The position numbers and the translations under genes are program-made. This document shows, piece by piece, positions 35,573 to 43,513 of a DNA stretch of 54,123 nucleotides; position 1 is the stretch's first letter; each line of letters begins with the position of its first letter. Under the pieces are notes generated by a model. It made no database searches. It saw nothing but the letters and a program-made list of their open reading frames with translations, and was not told the origin of the DNA. Source of the stretch: an uncultured Anaerolineales bacterium (GTDB lineage: Bacteria; Planctomycetota; Phycisphaerae; FEN-1346); contig CAYGWP010000534.1 of NCBI GenBank assembly GCA_964353455.1, forward strand, positions 1 through 54,123, written 5' to 3'.

Positions 35573-35755
35573 ATGCCGGGACTCGACGGGTACAACCTCG
35601 GGCATGGGGCGCGTCCGGCGCGAGACGGCGTTCCGCGTTGCCGCGGCCAGTGCGTGTGCCCGCTGTGAGGGACAACCGCCCCCCGTGAGCGCGGTGTGCC
35701 CTGCGCGCAGCAGAAGTGTCCGCAATGCGGGGCGCGCTTGACCAGGCAGGCCTAG
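35573..35755 (+). CDS. candidate selenoprotein: DUF5320-related zinc-ribbon paralog (B3) with an in-frame TGA at 35666-35668
   Basis: [62 protein letters not shown]. The TGA aligns with a Cys in CPQCG of B2, and conservation continues to the TAG at 35753. Confidence 0.6.
35686..35709 (+). other. candidate SECIS-like stem-loop downstream of the TGA
   Basis: UG(A)GCGCGG-[UGUGC]-CC(U)GCGC(G)CA. It has 8 base pairs with one bulged U and one A/G mismatch, starts 18 nt after the TGA, and places its loop 27-31 nt after the TGA. Folded by hand only. Confidence 0.35.
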
Positions 35756-35911
35756 CGGCCGGTTAAGGCGGACATCGGGCGCCGCGGTTCAGGCGTAGCG
35801 TGACGCGATGAGGAGGCGGCCCGATCAACCAGCCGCACGGGCGTCCACAAGACATAGCCGTTGGCACACCGCCAGCGGGGAACCCAGTGTGCGTGGAGAG
35901 GAGACGCGACG

Positions 35912-36268
35912 ATGGCCAGATCAGCGAAAGAAGTTCTCGCGGAGTTTCAGGCCAACCTGCCCAAGATGCAGAAGGCCATCCCCCAGGTGACGGACGACTT
36001 CGTCAAGAGGCTGATGCCCGATGTGTTGAATGACGGCGTGCTGACGACGAAGCAGAAGGAACTGATCGCGCTCGGGATAGCCGTCTGCGCGACCTGCGAC
36101 TATTGCATCGCCATCCACGTCAAGAAGTGCTTCGACGCAGGTGCCACGAAGGCAGAGATCGCGGAGGCCTGCGGCGTGGCCATCCTGATGGGCGGCGGCC
36201 CGGCGCTGACTTACTCCGCCTTCGTCTTCCAGGCCATCGAGGAGATGGCCCCAGGGACGGCCGTTTAA
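35912..36268 (+). CDS. carboxymuconolactone decarboxylase / AhpD-like protein
   Basis: KQKELIALGIAVCATCDYCIAIHVKK (CxxC...H core), with GGAGAGGAGA upstream of the ATG. Confidence 0.8.
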   Translation: MARSAKEVLAEFQANLPKMQKAIPQVTDDFVKRLMPDVLNDGVLTTKQKELIALGIAVCATCDYCIAIHVKKCFDAGATKAEIAEACGVAILMGGGPALTYSAFVFQAIEEMAPGTAV

Positions 36269-36372
36269 CATCCGGCGGCAAGACGCTCGAATCGTAGGCC
36301 GGCCCCGTTCCGGTCGCGCCGCGTGCCAGAGTCGGCGCGGGTGCTGAGCCTTGACAGTGGCGGAGTGGCGGG

Positions 36373-36918
36373 ATGACCAAGCCCCAGGGACGGGTGGCAT
36401 TTGCATTCATGGTTCTCGTGTTCCGCGTCCGGGACCGCGTATGGCCGCCGGCCGAGGTGCTCCGTCAGGTGGGCGTCCTGCCAGGGCACACGGTTCTGGA
36501 CTTCGGCTGCGGCCCGGGGGGCTACTCGCTCGCGGCGGCGCGGCTGGTCGGCCCGGCCGGCAAGGTCTATGCCCTGGACTTCAATCCGCTTGCGGCCAGG
36601 GCGGTCGAGAGGGCCGCCGGGAAGGAGCGCCTTGGAAATATCACGGCGGTCCTTGCCGACAGCGCGGCAGACGTTCCGAACGGGAGCGTGGATGTCGCGG
36701 TCCTGCACGATGTGCTCCACCTGCTGGCCGATCCGGCGGGCGTCATCGCCAGCCTTCGCCGCGCTCTCAAGCGGGAAGGCCGGCTCTGGGTGGGTGATCA
36801 CCACATGAAGGGCGCGGCGATTGTCTCCGCTGTGACCGCTGGGGGGTTCTTCCGGCCATCACGAGACGGCCGGCGGTGCCAACGGATGTACGGCTTCGAG
36901 CCGACGAACCGGGAGTGA
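36373..36918 (+). CDS. class I SAM-dependent methyltransferase
   Basis: VLDFGCGPGGYS motif I and VDVAVLHDVLHLL. Confidence 0.75.
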   Translation: MTKPQGRVAFAFMVLVFRVRDRVWPPAEVLRQVGVLPGHTVLDFGCGPGGYSLAAARLVGPAGKVYALDFNPLAARAVERAAGKERLGNITAVLADSAADVPNGSVDVAVLHDVLHLLADPAGVIASLRRALKREGRLWVGDHHMKGAAIVSAVTAGGFFRPSRDGRRCQRMYGFEPTNRE

Positions 36919-36922
36919 GCCG

Positions 36923-38788
36923 ATGATACTCGCCGTGGCGAGCGGAAAAGGCGGGACAGGCAAGACGTTCATCGCCACCAATCTGGCGGCGGCCATGGGC
37001 GCCGCTTACGTGGACTGCGACGTGGAGGGCGCCAACGGCCACATCTTCTTCAGACCCGAGATTGCCGTGCGCCGGCCGGCCGCCATCGACGTGCCGCAGG
37101 CCTCCGACGCCTGCACTGGTTGCGGGGCTTGTGCCATGGTCTGCCGGTTCGGCGCCTTGGCGGCCCTGAAGTCGGGCGTCCTGGTTTTCAACGAACTGTG
37201 TCACTCGTGCGGGGCGTGCTTGGAGGCATGCCCGTCGCACGCCCTCCGGTGGACGAAGCACGTGCTGGGGCACGTGCGGCTCGGACGTTGCCGCGCGGGG
37301 CGCGGCCAGTGGCTGCCCTTTGCCGACGGCGAGTTGGCGGTCGGGCAGATCCGCGCCTCGGCCGTCATCCGGCAGGTCAAGCAAGCCGTCGGTGCGGTCG
37401 CGCGCACGATCATCGACTGCCCGCCGGGGGCCTCGTGCGCAGTGGCCGAGGCCGTCCGCGGGGCCGACCTGTGCCTCTTGGTGACGGAACCGACGCCGCT
37501 CGGCCTCTCGGACCTCGGCAAGGCCCTCGCACTGGCTCGCCATCTGGGGGTGCCCTGCGGCGTGGTCCTGAACCGCGGCGGCCTGACCGGGGTGGACGTG
37601 GGGGCGTTTTGCCGCGAGCACGAGGTGCCGCTGGTTGCGACCTTCCCCTATGACCAGGGCGTGGCGCGCCTCTACGCCGAAGGCCGCCTCGTCGTCGAGG
37701 AATTGGCCGGCTGGCGCCGGCAGTTTGAAACGCTGGCCGCGGAGGTCCTTGCAATGGCGTCGTGCCCCCCGGCACACCGGGCCGAGGCATCGGCCGTGGC
37801 CAGAACACTCGCCGGGGCTGAGGAGCCATCTGCCGCCGGCCCGTCGCGGCCGCGGGAAGATGCGTTTCAGGTGGTGATCCTGAGCGGCAAAGGCGGAACA
37901 GGAAAGACCTGCCTGGCCTCATCCCTGGCTGTGATGGGAGGGAGCGTGGTGGCTGCCGACGCCGACGTCGATGCGGCCAACCTGCACCTGGTGCTGAAGG
38001 TCAATGGCGAGCGGCAGGTGCCCTTCAGCGGCGGGCACGTGGCGGCGATAGACCCCGCCAGATGCCGGGGCTGCGGCGTCTGCGCCAACGAGTGCCGCTT
38101 CGAGGCCATCGCACTCGGGGAGCACGCCATTGTCGATCCCTTGAAGTGCGAGGGGTGCGGCCTGTGCGCCCTGGTGTGCCCCTTGGCAGACACCGACGAG
38201 CAGCCCGTCCGGCTCCTCCCCCGTCTCTCTGGCTATGCTTATGTGGGGGACCTGCCCAACGGCGCGCTGGCGCGCGGCGAGTTACTGCCCGGGGGCGAGG
38301 CTTCCGGCAAACTCGTGACGCTCGTCCGGCGGATGGCCGACGCGCGGGCGGCCGACACCAGCCACTTACGGATGATCATCGACGCGTCGCCCGGCATGGG
38401 GTGTCCCGTCAACGCCAGTCTGACCGGCTGCGACTGGGCCATTGCCGTCACCGAGCCGACGCAGAGCGGCCTGCACGACCTGCGCCGGGCTCTGGACCTG
38501 GCGGCGTGGTTCAAGGTCCCCGCCGCCGTCGTCATCAACAAGGCCGACCTGTGCCCGGAAGTGGCGGCCGAGATTCGGGCCGCATGCGGGGAGCGGGGTG
38601 TCGAGATCATCGGCGAGATTCCTTTCGACCGGCACGTGCCCGAAGACCTGGCGTTGGGCCGGGCTCCGGTTCTTGGGAGCGGAGGCGCCGCCACGGCGTT
38701 GCGCGAGGTATGTCGTGTCATTTGGAGTCGCCTGGCAGTGTCCAAGGATCAGAGGAGAGCGAACCGTGAAAGTATGCCTACCCGCTGA
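36923..38788 (+). CDS. fusion of two MinD/ParA-type P-loop ATPases, each with an inserted 4Fe-4S ferredoxin domain (COG1149-like x2)
   Basis: Two GKGGTGKT Walker A motifs (residues ~8 and ~318). Ferredoxin motifs CTGCGACAMVC / CHSCGACLEACP and CRGCGVCANEC / CEGCGLCALVCP. Confidence 0.85.
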   Translation: MILAVASGKGGTGKTFIATNLAAAMGAAYVDCDVEGANGHIFFRPEIAVRRPAAIDVPQASDACTGCGACAMVCRFGALAALKSGVLVFNELCHSCGACLEACPSHALRWTKHVLGHVRLGRCRAGRGQWLPFADGELAVGQIRASAVIRQVKQAVGAVARTIIDCPPGASCAVAEAVRGADLCLLVTEPTPLGLSDLGKALALARHLGVPCGVVLNRGGLTGVDVGAFCREHEVPLVATFPYDQGVARLYAEGRLVVEELAGWRRQFETLAAEVLAMASCPPAHRAEASAVARTLAGAEEPSAAGPSRPREDAFQVVILSGKGGTGKTCLASSLAVMGGSVVAADADVDAANLHLVLKVNGERQVPFSGGHVAAIDPARCRGCGVCANECRFEAIALGEHAIVDPLKCEGCGLCALVCPLADTDEQPVRLLPRLSGYAYVGDLPNGALARGELLPGGEASGKLVTLVRRMADARAADTSHLRMIIDASPGMGCPVNASLTGCDWAIAVTEPTQSGLHDLRRALDLAAWFKVPAAVVINKADLCPEVAAEIRAACGERGVEIIGEIPFDRHVPEDLALGRAPVLGSGGAATALREVCRVIWSRLAVSKDQRRANRESMPTR

Positions 38789-39128
38789 AGCCCCGCGCCT
38801 CGACGCGCGGGTGGACGAGCGCCTGGGCCGCGCGGCCTGTTTCGTGCTGGTCGATAGCGAGACCGACGCTGTGCTCATCAGCATCCCCAATGTGCAAAAC
38901 AAGCAGGCCGCGCAGGGGGCCGGCATCCAGGCCGGGCAGGCCATCGCCTCCCTGGAACCGGACGCCGTCCTCTGCGCCAACTGCGGGCCGAAGGCGTTCC
39001 GCGTTCTCCAGGCGGCGGGCATCAAGGTCTTCCTCGGCGCGGCAGGCACGGTGGGCGAGGCCGTCCGCGCGCTTCGGGAAGGCCGGCTTCAGGAGGCCAC
39101 GGACGCCAACGTCGAAGGGCATTGGTGA
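38766..39128 (+). CDS. NifX/NifB-C-terminal-like protein
   Basis: The GTG start overlaps the end of the upstream gene. FVLVDSETD...GAGIQAGQAI...DAVLCANCGPKAFRVLQAAGIKVF. Confidence 0.75.
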   Translation: MKVCLPAEAPRLDARVDERLGRAACFVLVDSETDAVLISIPNVQNKQAAQGAGIQAGQAIASLEPDAVLCANCGPKAFRVLQAAGIKVFLGAAGTVGEAVRALREGRLQEATDANVEGHW

Positions 39129-39156
39129 CAGGGCAAAGCAACCACGACATGGAGAA

Positions 39157-40383
39157 ATGATGGAACCGAAACAACACAGTCACTGCGGGGGAACGTGCGA
39201 TGCCGACCCGCGCAAGGAAACCGAGCGCCGCCGCGATGAGAACCTGCGGCACATCCGCCGCGTCGTCGCCGTCATGAGCGGCAAGGGCGGCGTCGGCAAG
39301 AGCACCATTGCCGCGTCGCTGGCCCTGAGCCTGGCGCGCCTGGGTCACAAGACCGGCCTGCTGGACGTGGACTTCCACGGCCCTAGCGTGCCGACGCTCC
39401 TGGGCATCCGCGAAGTGCGCGCCGCTTCCGACGGAGGACAACTCCAGCCCGTCCGCTTGGGCTGCAACCTGGGCGTCATGAGCCTGGGGCTCCTCCTGGC
39501 CGAGGGTGACCAGGCCGTCATCTGGCGCGGGCCGATGAAGATCGGCGTCATCGACCAACTACTGGGCGAGGTGGCCTGGGGCGACCTGGACTTCCTTGTC
39601 CTCGACTGCCCGCCCGGCACGGGCGACGAACCGCTCACGATCGGCCAGGTCGTGCCGGCGGCGGAGGTGGTCATGGTCGGCACACCCCAGGAGGTGGCGA
39701 TGGCCGACGTCCGGAAGGCCGTCTCGTTCTGCGAGCAACTCGGCCTGGCGGTCCTCGGCCTCGTGGAGACGATGGGGATGATGCGGTGCCCGACGTGCGG
39801 GGCCCAGGTGCCGCTCTTCCGCCGCGCCAAGGACGCGAGGCCGCCCGAGGTCCGGCTGCTGGCCGAAATCCCGTTCGACGCGGCTCTCCAGGCAGCCTGC
39901 GATCAGGGGCGCCTGGAAGCGTTCCTTGACGAGCAAAGCCCCACCGCCGAAGCCCTGATGGCCCTGGCCCGCGAGGTGGCCGGTCAGGCCCCCGCAACGG
40001 CACCACAAGCAACGGTCTCAGAAAACCCTATCCAAGGAGGTAACGGTAACATGCGCTACGCGATTCCCACAGAAGACGGCCGGTTGACCGCGCACTTCGG
40101 ACACGCCGGTGTGTTCACATTGATTGATGTTGAGAATGGCCAGGTCTGCCGCACGCAGGCGGTGAACCCGCCGCCTCACGAGCCGGGCGTGCTGCCCCGG
40201 TGGCTGAAGGAGCAGGGCGTCAACGTGATTATCGCCGGCGGCATGGGCCAGCGGGCACAGGCCCTGTTTGCCGAAAACGGGATTCAGGTCGTCGTCGGCG
40301 CCGAGGCCGCCCCGGTCGAGGACCTCGTGCGGCAGCACCTGGCCGGCGCTCTGAAGACCGGCGAGAATGTCTGTGACCATTGA
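39157..40383 (+). CDS. Mrp/NBP35/ApbC-type Fe-S cluster carrier ATPase fused to a C-terminal NifX-like domain
   Basis: VMSGKGGVGKST, DCPPGTGDE and CPTCG. The C-terminal domain reads MRYAIPTEDGRLTAHFGHAGVFTLIDVE...VIIAGGMGQRA. Confidence 0.85.
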   Translation: MMEPKQHSHCGGTCDADPRKETERRRDENLRHIRRVVAVMSGKGGVGKSTIAASLALSLARLGHKTGLLDVDFHGPSVPTLLGIREVRAASDGGQLQPVRLGCNLGVMSLGLLLAEGDQAVIWRGPMKIGVIDQLLGEVAWGDLDFLVLDCPPGTGDEPLTIGQVVPAAEVVMVGTPQEVAMADVRKAVSFCEQLGLAVLGLVETMGMMRCPTCGAQVPLFRRAKDARPPEVRLLAEIPFDAALQAACDQGRLEAFLDEQSPTAEALMALAREVAGQAPATAPQATVSENPIQGGNGNMRYAIPTEDGRLTAHFGHAGVFTLIDVENGQVCRTQAVNPPPHEPGVLPRWLKEQGVNVIIAGGMGQRAQALFAENGIQVVVGAEAAPVEDLVRQHLAGALKTGENVCDH

Positions 40384-40499
40384 GGCTGCGGGCAGCGACC
40401 ACCACGGTGCGTAGGCCATCGCCTGCCTGTTCACACATCGAGTAACGGCGGCGAAGCGGCGAAGAAAAGCGGCCGCTGCTCGGGGGCAAGGAGCCGGTC

Positions 40500-41183
40500 A
40501 TGGACGCGACCAAGAGGAAGTTCTTCTCGCTGCGGGGATTCACATCCTTTGCCGTGACCCTGTTTTTCCTCATTCTGATCGCCTCCGGCGCCGTCCTCTT
40601 CGCGGCACCCCGAGGCCGGGATGCCAACTGGTCCGCTTGGCAGGTGATGGGGCTTCTTCGCCCGGAGTGGGTCGCTCTTCATGTCCTCACAGGGTGTGCT
40701 TTCGTGGTCTTTGGAACGATCCACCTGGTCCTGAACTGGCGGCCCCTCTGGCATTACGTCCACGTGAAGGCCGAGGCCGGTATTCATTTCTGGAAGGAAC
40801 TGCTTCTGGCGGTCGCACTGGTCGCGGTTCTATCCGCGGGTGCGATCCTGCGGTTCCCGCCAATGGCGACCGTGATGGCGTGGAACGAGCAGATCAAGGA
40901 CGCTTGGACCGCGGCCTTGTCCTACGCCCCCCGTGATCTCGCCGAGGAGGCTTCCCTGGAGGACTTGGCCGCGCGGGCAGGTGTACTGTCAGAAGCACTG
41001 ATTGCGGCGCTGCGCCAGCGAGGTTACGACATAAGCAGCCCCCAGGATTCCCTTACCCGCGTTGCCGAGGCCAACCACACAACTGCGGCGGCCATCTTCC
41101 GTGACCTGCAGAAGGACTACCCGCAACTGGGCGGCGGCAAAGGGCGGGGGCGCCAGTTCGGGGAAGGACGGCGACGGCCATGA
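40500..41183 (+). CDS. membrane protein, DUF4405-like
   Basis: AAGGAG Shine-Dalgarno. Four TM segments with conserved His (HVLTGCAFVVFGTIHLVLNW). Family assignment by recall. Confidence 0.55.
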   Translation: MDATKRKFFSLRGFTSFAVTLFFLILIASGAVLFAAPRGRDANWSAWQVMGLLRPEWVALHVLTGCAFVVFGTIHLVLNWRPLWHYVHVKAEAGIHFWKELLLAVALVAVLSAGAILRFPPMATVMAWNEQIKDAWTAALSYAPRDLAEEASLEDLAARAGVLSEALIAALRQRGYDISSPQDSLTRVAEANHTTAAAIFRDLQKDYPQLGGGKGRGRQFGEGRRRP

Positions 41184-42034
41184 GTGACGCCCTTGGCGCA
41201 ACGTGCCCTGCGCAGTCGCTCCGCCTCACCGTCCTCGTCGAGAACACGTGCCCTGTAGGCGGACTGGTCGCGGAACATGGCCTCGCGCTGCTCGTGGAAA
41301 CGGATCGCGGCGCGGTCCTGTTCGACGCGGGGGCCACGCCGGCCGTCTTGGCGGCCAATGCCGCCGCGCTAGGCGTCGACCTGGCCCGCGTAAGCGCCGT
41401 CGTCCTCAGCCACGGACATTACGACCACACGGGCGGTCTGCCGGCAGTTCTGGCCGCAGCGCCGTCAGCCCGCGTGTACTACCACTGGCGGTGCGCGGTC
41501 CCGCGGTGGGGCCGACGTTGGTGGGTCAGGAAATCCATCGGTATGCCCGCCGAGAGTCGCCGGGCGCTGGAATCGGCCGCACGCGAGCCGGTCGCCGGCC
41601 CTGTGCTCCTGCCGGAAGGCGTCATCCTCAGCGGCCCCATCCCCGGCGCGCCCGCTGCGGCCCAGGACGGCTTCCTGGTTGACTCGGACGGCGGCCCGCA
41701 ACCGGATGACTTTACGGACGAGATGTTCCTCCTCGCCCGCACGCCCTCCGGCTGGCTGCTTGTGACCGGCTGCTGTCACCGTGGCGTCGAGAACACCCTC
41801 GCCCACGCCATGACGCTGACTGGCGGCGAGCCCGTTCACGCGATTCTCGGCGGACTCCATCTCAAGGACTTCCGGCCCCGCGACCTCGAACCGGTTGTGG
41901 CCGCCCTTCGCGGAGCCGGTGTACGCGAGGTTCTGTGCGGCCACTGCACCGGCGAGGCCGCGCAAGAACACCTTGCCGGCCATCTGCAAAGCCGGGTGCA
42001 GCCGATTCACGTCGGATTTCGGTATGAGGCGTAA
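41180..42034 (+). CDS. MBL-fold metallo-hydrolase
   Basis: EHGLALLVE...VVLSHGHYDHTGG motif. ATGA overlap with the upstream gene. Confidence 0.75.
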   Translation: MSDALGATCPAQSLRLTVLVENTCPVGGLVAEHGLALLVETDRGAVLFDAGATPAVLAANAAALGVDLARVSAVVLSHGHYDHTGGLPAVLAAAPSARVYYHWRCAVPRWGRRWWVRKSIGMPAESRRALESAAREPVAGPVLLPEGVILSGPIPGAPAAAQDGFLVDSDGGPQPDDFTDEMFLLARTPSGWLLVTGCCHRGVENTLAHAMTLTGGEPVHAILGGLHLKDFRPRDLEPVVAALRGAGVREVLCGHCTGEAAQEHLAGHLQSRVQPIHVGFRYEA

Positions 42035-42045
42035 GGAGTAACACC

Positions 42046-43437
42046 GTGGTTGAATACGTGTACGGCCCCGTGTTTTCTCGCCGCTTGGGCCGTTCGCTCG
42101 GCGTTGACCTGGTACCGCTTAAGATCTGCACGTATGACTGCGTTTACTGCCAACTGGGCCGGACGACGAACAAAACCCTCGAACGAAGGGAATACGTGCC
42201 CCTGCCGGACGTTCTGTCCCAACTGGACCGCCGGTTGCGGGACAAACCGGCACTGGACTTCATCACCCTGGCAGGCTCGGGCGAACCCACCTTGTACGCG
42301 CGGCTCCCCGAGGTGATCCGCGCCGTCAAGCAGCGGACGGCAACGCCGCTGGCCGTCTTGACCAACGGCTCTCTTCTGTGGGACCCCCAGGTGCGGGATT
42401 CCCTGCGGGAAGCCGACCTCGTCATCCCGTCACTGGACGCCGGGAACGAGCGGATCTTCCAGTACGTGAACCGCCCCCACGAAGATATCGCATTTGAGAA
42501 GATGGTAGATGGCCTCGTTGCCTTCCGGCATGAGTTTGTCAAGCCCATCTGGCTTGAGGTCTTCCTCCTTGGGGGCATTACGGCTATCGATGTCGAGGTA
42601 CAGAAGATGGTCCACCTCGTTGACCAAATCAGGCCGGACCGTGTGCAGTTAAACACCGTGGCGCGTCCGCCGGTCGAGGCCTTCGCGATTCCGGTCCCCG
42701 ATGACCAGTTGCGCGCGCTGGCCGCGATGTTCGGCCACCGGGGCGAGGTCATCGCCGCCCGGCCGGACACGGGTGGCACGACGCTTCGCCCTGCAACGGA
42801 AGCCGACATCCTGAACCTGCTCCGTCGGCGTCCGTGTACGCTTCGCGACTTGGCCGACGGACTGCGCCTGCATCCCGCTGAAGCCATGAAGCAGATCGAC
42901 CACCTCCTGGCAGGCGGCCTCCTGACGGCCGCCTCGGAGGGCGGACATATCTTCTACCGCGCGCCCCACAACTTCCTTGCGTCGCCGAAGACCCAACTCG
43001 ACACGGCAGAACACCGTGTGGAGGAGTCCGGGGCTTTCTGGGACGAGGATATGATGGATGTGCCCGAGGAGTATTCCGCCCTGGCCGTCGAGCGGTTCTA
43101 TGATCCTCGTAACCGAGGCCCCATGACGGCGCCCGATGGCCACGCCGTAATCACGGGGCCCTGTGGCGACACGATGGAGATCTGGCTGCGAGTGGCAAAC
43201 GGGCGGATCAGCCAGGCCACCTTCACGACCGACGGCTGTGGCCCCTCGCTCGCCAGCGGAAGCATGGCGACAGAATTGGCCGGCGGCAAGACCCTTGACG
43301 AGGCGGCGCGGATCGAGCAACAAGACATCCTGGACACCCTGGGCGGCCTGCCGGAAGGATCCCGGCATTGCGCGCTTCTGGCCGCCAACACGCTTAAGGC
43401 CGCCATCGAGAATTTCAGAAACCGGCGGGCGGAGTGA
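42046..43437 (+). CDS. radical SAM protein fused to a C-terminal IscU/NifU-N-like scaffold domain
   Basis: GTG start with AAGGAG 7 nt upstream. YGPVFSRRLGRSLGVDLVPLKICTYDCVYCQLG, and a C-terminal GPCGDTMEIWL...TTDGCGPSLASGS...RHCALLAANTLKAA. Confidence 0.8.
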   Translation: MVEYVYGPVFSRRLGRSLGVDLVPLKICTYDCVYCQLGRTTNKTLERREYVPLPDVLSQLDRRLRDKPALDFITLAGSGEPTLYARLPEVIRAVKQRTATPLAVLTNGSLLWDPQVRDSLREADLVIPSLDAGNERIFQYVNRPHEDIAFEKMVDGLVAFRHEFVKPIWLEVFLLGGITAIDVEVQKMVHLVDQIRPDRVQLNTVARPPVEAFAIPVPDDQLRALAAMFGHRGEVIAARPDTGGTTLRPATEADILNLLRRRPCTLRDLADGLRLHPAEAMKQIDHLLAGGLLTAASEGGHIFYRAPHNFLASPKTQLDTAEHRVEESGAFWDEDMMDVPEEYSALAVERFYDPRNRGPMTAPDGHAVITGPCGDTMEIWLRVANGRISQATFTTDGCGPSLASGSMATELAGGKTLDEAARIEQQDILDTLGGLPEGSRHCALLAANTLKAAIENFRNRRAE

Positions 43438-43513
43438 CGGCGAGGGCCCTGCGGCAAATGGGGTCACGGCCCATCGGTTTGCGCCAGGCCAGGCATCACA
43501 TGAGGGCAACGAC

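Noticed and set aside
36354-36360. B12-box-like GCCACTG (on the minus strand) as a hint of a cobalamin riboswitch
   Set aside because: It is an isolated heptamer with no downstream minus-strand gene and no surrounding riboswitch-like conserved helices. A second occurrence at 1-7 lies within coding sequence.
43438-43513. TPP riboswitch upstream of thi4
   Set aside because: Only 76 nt are available, and the conserved CUGAGA and ACCUGA elements are absent.
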